DNA of 64,000 bases, taken from Botryllus schlosseri. Taxonomy: Eukaryota. The position numbers and the translations under genes were made by a program. Below, piece by piece: positions 36,941 to 50,675 of the stretch. Positions within the stretch are counted from its first letter, which is position 1; the number at the start of each line of letters is the position of its first letter. The notes below the pieces were generated by a model. That model was given only the letters and a program-made list of their open reading frames with translations, made no database searches and had not been told where the DNA came from. The stretch is taken from positions 4,402,001 to 4,466,000 of the forward strand of contig CM119384.1 in assembly GCA_051294905.1 (NCBI GenBank), in the 5' to 3' direction.

Positions 36941-39900
36941 TCAAAACGTCGTTGGATCTCTGTTCCTTTGGAGGGATAGGGATTTTTCATCATGGGCTTT
37001 TTGGTGCCTCCGGGCCGCTATTTCCATTCCAATGAAGACAATACCGTTACCGATCGCGGTAGCAGCAATGAGGTACATCTGTGACAACAATCCCATATTG
37101 TTGTTGATAATAATTGATTCGAATTGATTTTCGCATGAAACTTGGATGAATATCATATATACATACATAGTTGACAAATAATATTCTAAACCTGAACCAA
37201 TGGCAAATGGAACAACCGTACAAGTACATGCATCTATCCTCGGGAACTTTACTACCCAAGCAATTGAATCCGCTCCCTGGCATCAAGTGGCGTTGCTCTT
37301 AGGCCTTCTATTACTTTCAAGTCACACTACAAATCTTTTTCCTGCGCTATACCGATGTATATCGGAAAACTATACCTTACCACCAATGTTCCCTCTAAGC
37401 TGCGCGCGTGCGCAAATGCGCAGTACTGAATCGGTCTCCGCGCACAGAAAATCTTGGCCGCGCACAAAAAATCCGAAGTGATGACTTTTTTTTTAATCGT
37501 TGCGCGCTGTTGTCCAAGGCACCGCGCAGGCGCTGAGACTCGAGAAAAATGAGAGGAAACATTGCCAGGGGTAAATAGTGCTATCGCTGAAGTCTGAAAC
37601 CGAGGTAAGCCTGCAGCCCGCAAAGGTAAATATTGCGCTCTGCGAAGCAATGAGAATTTGCAATCGTGTGCGCCTCACGAAACAGATTTTTTTTTAAAAT
37701 GATATCGTACGCGTGAGCGATACTGATATCATTTCAATAGCGCATTCCTTGTGGGAATGGCGATATAAAATGGTGTAACGAAGTTGTAAATAACAATGGG
37801 CTTTAGCTCGAAGTTAAACTACGAGAAACTAACGAATAGTCTTGTCCGCGTGGCATGATTGTTATGTAAGATTTACTTTACAATTGCATGTCGCGAATTT
37901 TTGAAGTCATCACTTCCATCAGGCAAATCTGATCACGTATGGTGATATAGGGTAATATGCAGAATATGCAAGTACAAGCACTAATATTGTTGAAAAAATC
38001 CATCCCTTTGCAAACGTTGATCAGGAAATGCAGCAACTATATGCACTTTAAGGCGTTGCGTTGGATCAGCTTCTCAGCAGCATAAATTTGTGATTTTATT
38101 CGATTGGTTTGAACGGGTATCTTCTGTAGATAAGGTCATACGGTGATCTTGTTCTTGCTTCAATCAGACTTGAATATTCGTATCATTATATCTGACTGTA
38201 TGTCTTGAAAGTAATGAGTGCGTTGCCGGTATCAAGACGTCACATCAGTGTTTTAACGCGATAGGCCTACATCGATCGCATGTATTGATTTCGGGTGCGT
38301 TCTCGTGCGTGTATGTCTGTCTTCTAGTAATCCATAGTATATCAACATACGTACATTGATTAATTGTGACGTCACACGTAGTCGCACAGCATTACGATTC
38401 GCCGTATATAGTAATTGCGGTTACATGCGTCCATTTGTGTCGCTATAAGTGTTTTAGCTAGCTGCTTGCCGGTGGGCCAACGTTGAGTGAATACTCACTA
38501 ATTCTGCTTAGCACTGTTTCTACTGACCGCTTTTAATGATGGCAAAACGAATGGGTGGTTTCTCATCCCCCCACCAAGCCAAATTGACAAAGAGCTGTGA
38601 TTCGTTTAAAATAGAATGGTTGTCGGAGCACGTGAAAACGGAAGACAAAACTATAAAATTAGGTGAGATTTTTTCTTTCTCGAGCGAGAAAGGTCTAATG
38701 TGCAAAATATGCCGAGAAGCCAAAATACCAAACGAGTTTTCGGATGGTAAAATGTGGAAAGCATGGAGGCTGGATTACCTTAAGCGTCACATTAAGCACA
38801 AAACCCACGTGAAAGCGGTCGGAATCGTAAGAAGGTGCAAGATGAGAATTGGAATCGGTACATTACTGACTGAGAGCATCAACGATCGAGAGAAGAGGAG
38901 CGAGCTGTCACTCGTGAAGAAATCCAACCCCGAGCAAGTTAAGGTTCTCGTCGACAATGTTCTCCTAGCCATAAACATGAATACTTCTATGCTGTCAGTT
39001 CAACAAATTCACGATCACATGGCAAAGTATGTGAGTGTTCCAGAGAGCTGGCGAAGCAAAAATTATGCCTTTGAGTTTGTGAATTCTATCAATCAAATAG
39101 TGCAGAATGAGACAATGTGCAAACTTAGAAATGCACATTGGCACACTCTGATCGTGGATGAGAGCACATACATAACAGTGCACAAAATGCTAGTGCTTTA
39201 CATTAAATATAGAGAGGAAAATGAGGTCGACTACAAAACTGTGTTTGGAGGCATTTCCCAGCTGACTGGATGCACCGCTCGCGATATTGTGCAGGCAATA
39301 ACTCAGTTTTACGCCAAGCATAAATTAGACATGCAGAGAATGGTGATGCTGACCTCCGACGGTGCCTCAGTAATGTTGGGAAAGCACACCGGAGTTGCAG
39401 CGTTATTAAAGCAGCAAATACCACATCTAACAGAACAGCACTGTGTTGCCCATAGAGAAGACTTGGCCATTGTTGATGCATGGAAAGACGTCCCTGCGAT
39501 GCGTGACTTGGAAACGTTTCTTAGAACGGTGTATTCCACTTTCTCTAGATCCACTGTAAAAAAGGGGAAATTGGAAGACCTATCGAAGATTCTTGATGAG
39601 GATTCGCTGTCATTCAAACCTCTGAACGAAGTACGGTGGCATTCGCGGCACCAAGCTGTGAAGGCTGTTCTGAGGAACTACACAGTTCTCGAAGAATACT
39701 GCAGGAGAGAATCATCCAGTAATTAAAGAGATCCAGTGACAAAATACTGTTACAAAAAGCTGACGGATTCAAAATTCAAGTTTATTCTCACTGCTCTGGG
39801 AGATGTTTTGGATGACCTGGCACAACTGTGTCTTTCTTTTCAAAAACGCAATCTGACTGTGATGGAGGGACACTGCCTTGCAAGAGCAAAGATTGAGAAG

Positions 39901-42900
39901 CTGCGTTCTCAGTATCTGAAAGAAGGAAAGGTTATCAAGTGGAGTGACCGCGTCAAAGAGGTGATGAGGGCTGGGTCAGCTGAAGTCATAGATACCGACG
40001 CGATTATTTGTTTTATTCGTAATCTTTGCGATCACTTGGATGCTCGATTTCCAGAGAATGAATTGAAGGAGTGGTCTGCATTGGACTGTGAGGCATTGAG
40101 TTCAGATATCAGTTCTGACTTCGAGTACGGAGCAGCACACATTGCCATATTAACAAAGAAGTATGAGGACATTTTCCACCAGCCAAATTCTATGGAGGCC
40201 ATTCACGATGAATGTCCTGATTTCAAATATGTTATGAAGCAAAAATTGAAACAAGGATCGATCGGAACATTTTCCGATATGGTGGCTGCGACACTAAAAT
40301 GTGAGGAGCTGAAGCACGTCTCACAGCTTGTGGATATTTGTGCTACATTTCAAGCATCCAGTGCGGATTGCGAAAGAGGCTTTAGTTTAATGAATCGGAT
40401 CAAAACAGCATCGAGAAATCGTCTTCAAGTGACTCATTTGGACCAGCTGATGCGCATAAAGTCAAAACTGAATACAGACGATGCCATTGACCTGGACAAT
40501 GTATACAACAGGGGTGGGCAAACTACGGCCCGCGGGCCGCATGCGGCCCGCAACACCGTTCTGTGCGGCCCGCGAGAGTCTAAAGAAACTTTTTTAATTA
40601 TTGATAAAATGCGTACTAAAGATCGAATTAATGAAGGGACTTGATTAAACTATTTCTCAGTATATTTCACCATGATAATTCTAAAACAGTGGTTCTCAAA
40701 CTGGGGCGCGTAAAAGCATCAGAAGTGGGACGCCAAGCTGAGCTCAACTGAAAAAATTTTTCGCGCTCCGCGCGATTTCCCAACAATTTCATAATTGTTG
40801 CTCTGTATTTGGCCTGAATTTCACATTTAAAAATCTTTAGTCCATAGTCATAACCTTCCATGCCATCAAACTATCCGTTAGGTTTGTTAGCAACCTCGTT
40901 GCGTTTTGTGATAAGACAATAAGGGGGCGCGAAATCTTTTACCATCGTAAGGGGGGGGGGGGGGGGGGGCGTGTCTTAAAAAGTTTGAGAACCACTGTTC
41001 TAAGGTAGATACTTCCTATATTCTTTTTTATGTTTAATTTCTGGCGCGACAGCCCAATCTCAAGGCCCACACAGTTTGAAAGGTTTCAACTGCTAAACAT
41101 CACAGAAATCCTGAACGAGAATGACATAAATCGGAACACGAGTGGGATTTCAGATTGGCCACTCCAGTTTTAATTATTTCAGTAATGTGCTTATAAAAAC
41201 CGATTCGCGCGTGTCTTGGGTAGATTCGTTCTATGTATACGTAGAATTGGAGCATTTAAATTTTATCTACACATAGTAGAAGCGTGTTTGCAGCTAACAT
41301 GTAAGCCGTTTCCATGCACAGGTTTCGTTAGCAGAGTGACCATATATTGGTTTCTGTGAGCATTGTGTGTCCTGGAACTGAACCAAAAGTGAAATTAGTA
41401 AATCTATGAGCATGAACAGATCGCTGCTCACAGTTTTAAATTTCAATCTTGTTCTAAGAATCGGGACAACCGACCTTCCTCTCTATAGTCTTGACAAATT
41501 GGTTATTGAGGTCGACCAGCCTATGAAATCTCGCCACTATCTTTCTGACGCTGGTACGATATCATCAAAGCAATGTTTGGTTTGTTTTAAATAGACACAT
41601 ATATTATCTCCATGTCCTCGCTATCTAATCAAATACCAATATTGCGTTTTGGTTTATAATCCCATTTTATATACTGCGGCCCGCGAATGATTTCAGATGT
41701 TGAATGCGGCCCGCGAGCTCAAAAGTTTGCCCACCCCTGGTATACAACCATTGGAGAGCTGAAAAGGACAGACGGGAAAATAAGGATTAAATGTAAAGGG
41801 AGACTGCGATCTAGATACGACGGGGTCCTAAATTTGAGATAAATTTGTGAATAATTTTGGAAGCACTCATTTTTTTCAGAAAGGCACCGCACTCGAACTG
41901 AAGCCAAAACACCCTCAAAATACGCGCCACAGCACACGTGCGATATCCACGATGTCTAGATTTATCGTTATTGCGCATGAATGCGTCTTAGCCCTTTGCG
42001 ATCCCACAGATTCGCACGTGTGCTATGGTGCATATCCTGAAAATATTTCAGTTACAGCCCAAACGCGGTGGCTTTCTGAAAAAAAATGCCCTCAATGGCC
42101 AAGCGTCAAGTCAAAACCACATCATGTTCAGAGCGCAGTTCCCCTTCTTCACTCATAATGAGATTATTTGGTGCCATGCAATAGAACTAAATGTAAATGT
42201 TGTACTGTGATTCTATCAATAAATCATGTGACTTGAATGGATACACGCACGTCTGGTTTTAAGCACAGGACCGTAACTACCGCACCCAGACCACCCGAGC
42301 TCGAAGGGGCCGCAAATTATTGAAATCAAATCGTGAATTAACATAAATCATGGAGTATGTTTTTGGAAATTTATGCAACTTTTTCAAAGAAGAAATACCA
42401 ATTTGAAATGGTGTACGTCTTTTAGTTTAGTACGTTTGGGCGATTTCAATATCTTTTGACATAGCAGATTGGAGGTCACGAAATAGCATCAAGTAAGTAA
42501 GTCATTATACCAACGGGTAGGCCTACGCCCGAAGATATTCAATTATTATTTAGGGGTCCTACCTTTTCCAACACATCTCACTCAATCAGGTTAACCGGTA
42601 AATCTGATTACGTGAGCAGAGATAGGATCAAAATTGATAGCAATATTTACGCAAATTCCCGATGATATTGACCGATTTGGTCATGAATTATAGATAAAAT
42701 TTCGCGCGTTCAGCCGGAACGCCCACTAAACGAAGACCGAACATAGATGACTAGTAGCAGCGAAAAGCGTGTAGGCCGAGGGGGGTCTGGGGGGCGAAGC
42801 CCCCCAGAAGTTTGGTTTATCACCCTATAGGGGACCTGGTTGCGCACTGCTGTCCAAGGGCCTGCGCAGTGAGTTGGCGTATTTGCGCAGACTCATGAAA

Positions 42901-45900
42901 AATTAGAGGGAACATTGCTTACCACATAAAACGGGGATGTCTCAAATATCACTCCAGCCACTGGCATAGTAATCATAGAATCCAATCCAGCGCTGAACAA
43001 GAACACAAACATGTATTTTCCGGATACGTCGGTAACTCGGCTCGCCCACGTTACACCTTTACAAAAATAAAATCGAAATCCGTTAACTCCCTGCGATTTT
43101 ATAGTAGAACATCATCACATAGCTATGATCAGCAAATAAGAAAACCTTCATTTTACAAAGTGCTACTGGCACAGTTTTCGTGTCGGTCATATTGAGGATA
43201 TATATTTGGACCTTTTAAACTGCAAAGTTTGCAACTGTATTTTTAAAAATCGGAGATAGTTTCACGGCACAACGATTATACTCAGACAGGGCCTTGCAAC
43301 GCAATGAATGAATGATTGAAAGAACCCGCTAATATATTTTGTAAATCGAAGCGTTGTTTGCTGCCTACAACAGATCGCGCTATACATACCTGTAGGATAA
43401 AATGTTGCTACCGAGAGACCGAAAAAGAAAGTAGATATCCAAATAACCAATGGGATATTTTGGCCGAATATGCACATCGCAGCCTGCAACACAATGCATA
43501 GGTAGAATGCCGATGCCGATGCCTGAGCTGCATTTAAAACTGAAAGTTATACCATTGCTGCGACGATAAGCAATATTCCACATGCGATAATTGTCCTTGG
43601 CTTGATGTATTTGGAATATACAATAGCAGTGAATCTGGATACGGTGTAACCGACATAATACATAAAGTTAAGCCGCCCTGCTTGGGTAACCTGTCAATAC
43701 AATACGTTGTCCATGTCCAGATTTTCAATACCGTGAAAAAGGCGTATCATTAGGTTATACTCACAGTAAATCCAATACCCATGCAATAAGCTACTGCGTA
43801 GATGTAATTTGCATATGTTGCCTCGAGAGCGACGCTCAGAAAGTAATAAGCCGCCAATGGTAAGATAACCGGCCACACATCTTTTATAGGTTCTTCATAT
43901 TTGCCGCCCAAGCGGTCTTCCCCTCTCATTTTGATGCGGCCGCCGAGTCCCACAGCCCAGAAGTAGAAAAGAGGCAGCGAGACGAGCACCGAGAAGAGTC
44001 CCACGATAAGATAACTCCATGCTACTGGATTGACATATTCTGGACGATGAGACACGTATTACCGGCGTTTTAAAGTGATGATTGAATGGACTCGCATGTA
44101 TATTAGCCTATATATACTCAGAGGTGGTCACTGGTCAGTAACGAAGTACTTCTACTTTTTGGAAGTACTCAAGTAGTTTTCCTCTACTTCTGGTTCTTAC
44201 TCAAGTAGATCTGATTTTCTCTACTTCTACTTCGTAATATTTTGTGATCTACTTACTCATCCGCGTCAGCGGTGTCTTACAAAAGCCTAGAGGTGGGCCG
44301 TGCTATAAGTCGGCAGTTACGGAAACTAAGAAGAATATCGGCCTGGTGTAAATGACCATAGTAGTCGACAAACACCATATGAATACCCCAAAAACAAACA
44401 AACTTACTTACTTTTCGCTATTTTCAATTTGTCAAGTAGAAGTAGTTTAATCCCCCAATACGAAAGATAGCCTGAGAAATTTCGGGGCTGTTTTCACGGA
44501 GTACCAACAATTATTATTCATAAAAGTCAAGTAAAGCCAGAAATTTGGCCAACCATAACGTTTGAAACTAACGTTTCGCAATCTAGCAATTACCTATCCT
44601 ATCGTTATCTTGCAGCCTATGACGTGTCCTGCTAATCTGGAAAATCCGGCTTTTTGGAACGTTACACCTGTTTTAGCAGATCACCTTTGAAGCTTTATGG
44701 ACAAAAGACATGAAATAGATTTTCCGCTTTTTGGAAGTGGTATTTGTATTTCACTTTCAATTCCGAGTATGATACTCGGAGTATCATACTTTGAGTTCTA
44801 ATTACTTTCAGTTCTTTTGTCTGCAGAACATACATGTTGAAGCATAAAAGCAAGTGTAGTAATGCCTCTATTTTCCGAAAATAAAGCTACACTAAATATA
44901 AATTTTTCGATCCACAATATTTGTGTACTAATTTGAACAGCTTCTTGGAGGTACAGAACTTCAATATACAATTGAAAATGTTCGGGTTCATTTCAATATG
45001 AATATACTATTGAATTGTATGCTAATTTATATACAATATTTGTATACTAATCGCGCAAAGTGTTGAAACCGTATCCGATGCAGCTTCTACGTATTGCTTT
45101 TCGCCTAAACTTGGAGCCTTATAATATGAGGTAGGGCGCCATGTCATGATATTCTCTAAAATGGAGTCTTCTAGTAAACAAAGGGTTAATATCGCATTTT
45201 CATGTCAATACTATAATTTGCATCCCATCATGCGAAAGAATGCTTATTCTGTCGGAAATTGATACCTCCTGGGATGCATCAATACGAATCAAGCTCTCCG
45301 CACCTTCCGCATAGCTCAATTTACAGTTTTTGACAGTCCATGCGAACGAATTGCGACTGTTTTCTAAACTACTTACTTACTTGAGTAGATTTAGAGTCAG
45401 TCAATTGTACTTCTACTTCAAGTAGTTTTAGGTGGCTTATGGAAGAAGTACTTCTACTCGTACTTGAGTAGATTTTTTCATCGCTACTTCTACTTTTACT
45501 TGAGTAGCTTTCTTGACTACTTTGACCACCTAATCGGGTTCATTTCAATATGAATATACTATAGTATTCAATTGCATCTTGAAGTTCTGTACCTCCAAGA
45601 ATATCTTTATATACTACGTATTTATTATATAATATAGTATATCTACAATAGTGCCTTGGATACTGAATCTATACGTTACGTTCAGGCGTTTCTCTATAAG
45701 CTATTGAATCGAAGCTACAGAAAAATGCATGGAAGTATATAGTAGGGTACATTTTGCTAGAGCCATAAACAGGTGAGAGCAGACTTGTACAGACTACTGG
45801 ATTTTTAAAATGTACAACTATAGAACCAGAACAAGAACTACTCACTATTCAAAATGCGGAACTAGAACTAGTGCAAGAACTAATCAATTTTCAAAATCCG

Positions 45901-48900
45901 AACTTTTAGAACTAGAACTATTCACTTCTCAGAATCCGCAACTAGAACTAGAACTACTGAAAAACCAGCAATGAGTGGACCGCCAACTAACTAGATTGGT
46001 AGTCTTTACAAGTCTTGGTGTGAGACCATACCTGTACTGAATTAGAACATTCTGACAACGTATTTTGGCCTATCAGTTATACCGGCTTCGAATCGGATCG
46101 TTGATGAACCGTTTCCATACAAGTCTATTAGCGACGTAGGTAGGACGGTTGTTTCGATACTGGACGGTATGCAATCTGGATCAGAGTTTCCTGCTTGATC
46201 GGCCTCTTCCAAAAATGGAGTAGCTGGAAATGGCCAATTATTATTCAATTATTTATTATGGGTGTGCCTACCGCAAATACTATTTCATTCAAATCCGAAT
46301 TTTTCGACGGCAATAATCCCACTTCCACTGGTTGGAATTGAGCAAAATTTGGTGTGCGGGCTTAAATTAGGTAACCTAACAATTTTATCAAGTAGCCAGT
46401 ACAATTTGAGAAAAAACGTCATTTTTGAACACCCCTGATATACAATTCACTTACCTATCAATGGAGCAATCAATGATCCAAGGCTAATACCAAAATGGAA
46501 CGATTGAATGAATGGTCCCACACTGTCCTCGTCCCAAATTCTCAGGTAAAGCGTTTGCATGGCTGGGAAAAATCAGATTGTGATTCGCTGGTCATAGCGA
46601 CGAAGCTTCGTAATGTTATATTGTACCTCCGTCAGAGTAGGAAAACACGAAACCTGATACAAAGTAGGAAGCTAAGAAACCAACGAAGCTGTTGCACCAA
46701 GGCGTTAGCGTTGTCATGATTCCAATCAGTAACATACACGGACCTGATGACAAAAGAGAAGCAAACGATTACAACAAAACAACAGATAAAAACTATTGGG
46801 CAGGGTGCTTCGATACTGAATCGAGTATTAGGCCTCGAGCCGAGTTGAGTATTCGCGTATTACTAATTATGACGTCACAAAAGTATGAATCATGCGGAAA
46901 GTTATAATAATATATGCCGCTTGTGCGACCGCTAAGAATATAACGATAATTGAAGACAAGTTGGTATTTTATCGGCCATACCTATTTCATTGCAGTTGGT
47001 GACAACGCTGTGGGTTTGCTTGTTTGTTTGTGGTATTCATGGTGCGTGTCGACTACCATGGTCATTGGTCATTTACACCAGGTCGATTTTCTGCATTTTT
47101 GATTCCGTGCCGACTTGTAGCACGGCCCACTTGTGGGCTTTTTGTAAGACACCGCTTATACGCGGATCACGTGGCGATGAGGAGGAGCCTAGATAAACCT
47201 CCAACACTTGAGTAGGAATTCTGGAGTGGACCTCGGTCGGACTCGGACCCGTGGTTGCAGAAATTAATGAACCAGATTTTTGGACAGTCATTTTGATTGG
47301 AGCGCAATGGACAGTTCGTTATTATGTATGCCAGAAAATTGGAATTAAGTCCTTCTTCCAAAGACTTTGTGGCCATGGGTTGAGAATGCAGCAATCTATA
47401 GTCCGATTTGGTATTACAATGAGCATGCGGGTTCGAGGTCGACTTAAGTGTTGGAGGTTTATCTACAGGCTCCTCCACGTCATCTCATCTGATCCACGTA
47501 AATGGTGTCTTAAATATGTCTAGAAGTGGGCCGTGCTACGGCAGCTATACTGAATTAAATTAAAGAATATCGGCCTGGTGTAAATGACCATCTCAGTGGA
47601 AAAACACCATGAATACCACAAAACAACAACAACTACGCACTGTGAGTTGAATAACGTTTTCATTAGTTCTCATATCTCATGGTGGTTCGCACAATGAAAT
47701 TTTGATGAAAAGTGGGTCGCGAAATAAAAAAGGTTGGGAGGCACTGCACTAGAGTGCGTAGCTTTTACTAAATTATATACTACGTTTTTCCTATATGCTG
47801 CGATATACGACCGATGGAGGTTTACAGCCTTCCACGATGGAAAATAGCATCAAACTGATAATTCTCGTTGACAAATTGAATCTTAGTGACAAGGAGCGTA
47901 TGATTCCACCACTCGAAAACATCATTTTTTGCTACTAGACTCGAATCATTAGAATTGTTACTCGATTCAGATTCGAGTATTCGAATCATTGTGACGTCAA
48001 AAGAAAATTGAGAAATATCCGCAGTTGATCAACCGGTTCATCGAAAATCTACCTGTTGCCGATAACGGATTAAAACTCTTGAATTTGTATACTGTAAAAG
48101 AGTACGCTGCCGCCCCCATCATCATTCCAACTGCTCGCAACGTAAACATGAATGCAATCTGAGACACGTCCACTGAATACAGTTCCGTAAGGTATAAAAG
48201 GGTTGGTCCAGGAATGGAAAGGTACATTCCCTAGAAATGAATATGAGCAAGTATATTTTGGGTGATATTTCAATGAAAATTATGGTACACGTCGGAAAAT
48301 TCATTTTAAAGTTATAACCACAGGTGGTCAAAGTATTTCCACTCAAGTACAATTACAATTAGATGTAGGGGGTCTCATATACTTTGAGTATAGTTAATCT
48401 GAGGTGGCTACATCCGGAATTGCAAGACATTCTCGACTAACGCAAAGTGACTAATGGCAGTACAAATAGATGATAAAAGATTAATTTATGATTACACGGG
48501 GGATATTTCACGCGGTTTTCATGACAATTTCACACATGTACTATAAATTACAGTAGGCCCTCATCGCCGACCTCACTGCAGTCGCAGTGACTTGAAAAGC
48601 CCAGTCACAGTGGGCCGAGCTATAAGTCGGTAGCAAAAAGAGACGATGATGGAGCGAGCGTGACAGAGACTGCCTGAAGAGAGTGCCTGAGAGAGTGCAA
48701 GAACATTCAAGAGACGAAGAAATGCATTCATTGTACTGTATAACTTGTAATGCCGTGGAGCACAAAGCCTTAGACAGGCAATAAGCACCACCGATGTGAA
48801 TCGTAATAATAATAATAATAATAATTGCAGTAGGCTATAGTTAAAAAAAGAAACCCCTGAACCAGGTATAGTGAAAGTGTAAGTAGACTCACCTTGTATA

Positions 48901-49700
48901 CTTGAGTACACCAAAAAAAGTATACTTCTTTACACGCAATGTTCACTCTAATTTTTGACTAGTCTGAGCGCACTCATCAACTCACTGCGCGGTGCATTGG
49001 ACAAGAGTGCGTAACGACTAAAAAAGGCCATCACTTTGATTGGACTGCCGAATTACACACTTTTCTCGTTATTTTTTGGTGTTGACTAATAAAAAAAAGG
49101 TCATCACTTCGGGTTTCTTGTGCGCAGCTTAGATTTTCTGTGCGCAGAGACCGTGTCAGCACTGCGCAATTCCGCACGCGGTGTACGTGATTCGTTAAAG
49201 TGAGACATAGCAGCGGTCGACAAACTATATAGTCATTGTCTATAGTCAAACTGTGGAACTAATTAATCCGATGCGCCTATGGTTTTCTCATTCAAAACCA
49301 CAAAGAAATACATAAATGCCCAGCACTAAGGCAGTTGTAACGTTTGTGCAAGCTGATGTCTTTATTGCACTAAATAGCGTCGCTGTCCCATAGTTTTCTA
49401 ATCCTGCTTGGAGGAGTTAGCCAATTTCTTGGATTTCGCTCTTGCGTCATGTGTACGACGGTGTACGTCAGTGAAAGTTCGTGGAATTATTCCCCTTCTA
49501 CTCAAGTATTATCAATAACCACTTTGTAAATCAAACGCGCGTTGTGATATACTGAAATGTAATTGGCGCTCGGTGATACTGCGACTTTGTAATATGATGA
49601 AAAGTAATTAATCAGTCATTACTAGCCTACTCACCTGCCCCATTCTCGCCAGACTTACTGCCGCGACAAAGAGAATTTTCCATAGTTTTTCAGTTTCCAT
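36941..49700 (-). CDS. MFSD4: MFSD4/NaGLT1-family MFS transporter, paralogue A, 10 exons, 462 aa
   Basis: Exons 49700-49635, 48230-48053, 46743-46627, 46562-46455, 46223-46083, 44039-43765, 43690-43553, 43483-43390, 43056-42923, 37078-36941 (1389 nt, all GT-AG, open frame). Family motifs GPTLLYL, LTPW, GPFIQSFHFG..P.IATPFL and EATYANYIY. Family-level call only. Confidence 0.85.
40509..41739. mobile_element. Charlie-type hAT MITE inside the transposase ORF
   Basis: TIR caggggtgggcaaac/gtttgcccacccctg, cggcccgcg subterminal motifs, perfect TSD GTATACAA. Confidence 0.92.
40687..40997. mobile_element. Second hAT MITE nested inside the previous MITE
   Basis: TIR cagtggttctcaaact/agtttgagaaccactg, TSD ttctaaaa/ttctaagg, poly-G tract. 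Confidence 0.85.
42266..42838. mobile_element. Further insertion in the big hAT element, of the cagg(g)ccgtaac family
   Basis: Starts caggaccgtaactac. Its internal block matches 57273-57490, and that copy ends in gttacggccctg at ~57563. Confidence 0.55.
44119..45533. mobile_element. CAGAGGTGG-family hAT MITE with internal insertions, intron of paralogue A
   Basis: cagaggtggtca ... tactttgaccacc termini, dense tacttctactt/tactcaagtag repeats. Confidence 0.6.
47000..47640. repeat. Degenerate foldback element
   Basis: ggtattcatggtg..ggtcatttacaccagg..gcacggcccactt is inverted to aagtgggccgtgct..cctggtgtaaatgacc..caccatgaatacc. A related arm lies at ~44270-44400. Confidence 0.65.
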
Positions 49701-50675
49701 ATTTAAGTCACAATTTCGAGAGAGTCTTTTGTTATCACCTCCTCTATTGCCAGTCAGTTGAGACAACTTTTGCAGTCAATTCGATTGTAATTGCTCTTTC
49801 CAGACTATGCTACAGAATTCAGTCAAACGAATGCAAATCGAACAGGTGCTTCGCCATGCTCACTTTGCCGATTCTGACGAGGTCACGTCAAACGACCATA
49901 CGTACCGCATATCCGTTTTAGCGAGGTTAATGAACAATATTCTGAGCCGGCAATATAGATTCGTTCATTGAAATTTCGAAGGCGTCGTAAACGGATCAGA
50001 TCAAATAAATTCGCCAAAACAATGAACAGGATTTACTAAATTTTCAACTTTTCCAACGCAGGTCCAAATTGGCACGACCAAATCAAAGTTTAGTCTATAT
50101 AGCCATGAATAAATGATGATCGAGGGATAGCTCGACACACCCCTGAAGATTTCTGTTTCTCCATGTCCTTTATACGCTATGGCGACTGAATGTTTGATTG
50201 GCAGACTTCCCCAAGACGTTTCGGCACCCTATATCGTCTCTACTGTGGGACTCGACTTTATCGACTCCACCCAGTAAGTGTTTTCGCAACTCGAACTCCG
50301 ACTTCAACGATTGTTGCTCTATTTTTCTGACTACGATTCCATCCGGAGAAAATCTAGCAAAACTCGTGCTCCTGAATGATAATGTTGCATAATGTGTATG
50401 CAGTATGCGCTATGGCACTGTCGGACTTTACCATACTAAATCAGACCCATGAACTATATATAGTCTGCTTATCATCGGACACAAGCAAAACACTGAACAT
50501 TACAATAGCGCTGATCAAGTAGCCTTGATAATAAGCATATGAAACTGGTTCTGGTAGAACTAATACGATATCTACAGTATAGGCTCCGTATAGTTTAACT
50601 CTATTCACTTCCACAATAAAGAATGTGAAGTAAAATTAAACGGGAATGTAAAAGCATGGTGGTATAAGTCTAAAT

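Larger units (their letters stand above)
38536..41790 (+). pseudogene. hAT transposase broken by one in-frame TAA (39724-39726) and a MITE insertion near the C-terminus
   Basis: N-terminal CKIC..H..H zinc finger, IVDEST, TSDGASVMLG, HCVAHRE (CxxH), EVRW, SSADCERGFS.MN.IKT..RNRL. ORFs 38536 and 39736 are in the same frame. Removing 40509-41747 restores ..DNVYNHWRAEKDRRENKD*. Confidence 0.9.
37384..42917 (+). mobile_element. hAT DNA transposon (ZNF862-like transposase), 5534 bp including nested insertions
   Basis: 15-bp TIR caatgttccctctaa/ttagagggaacattg, perfect 8-bp TSD CTTACCAC (37376-37383 and 42918-42925). Confidence 0.93.

Noticed and set aside
39736-40644. ORF-track C-terminus RGGQTTARGPHAARN.. 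as part of a separate 302-aa gene
   Set aside because: It is the second half of the transposase reading into a MITE; the true C-terminus resumes at 41748.
50098-50458. Possible third TATAG-ended element
   Set aside because: The TIR match is only ~10 bp and the flanks (tagtcta/tagtctg) are offset by a TA, so no clean 7-bp TSD.
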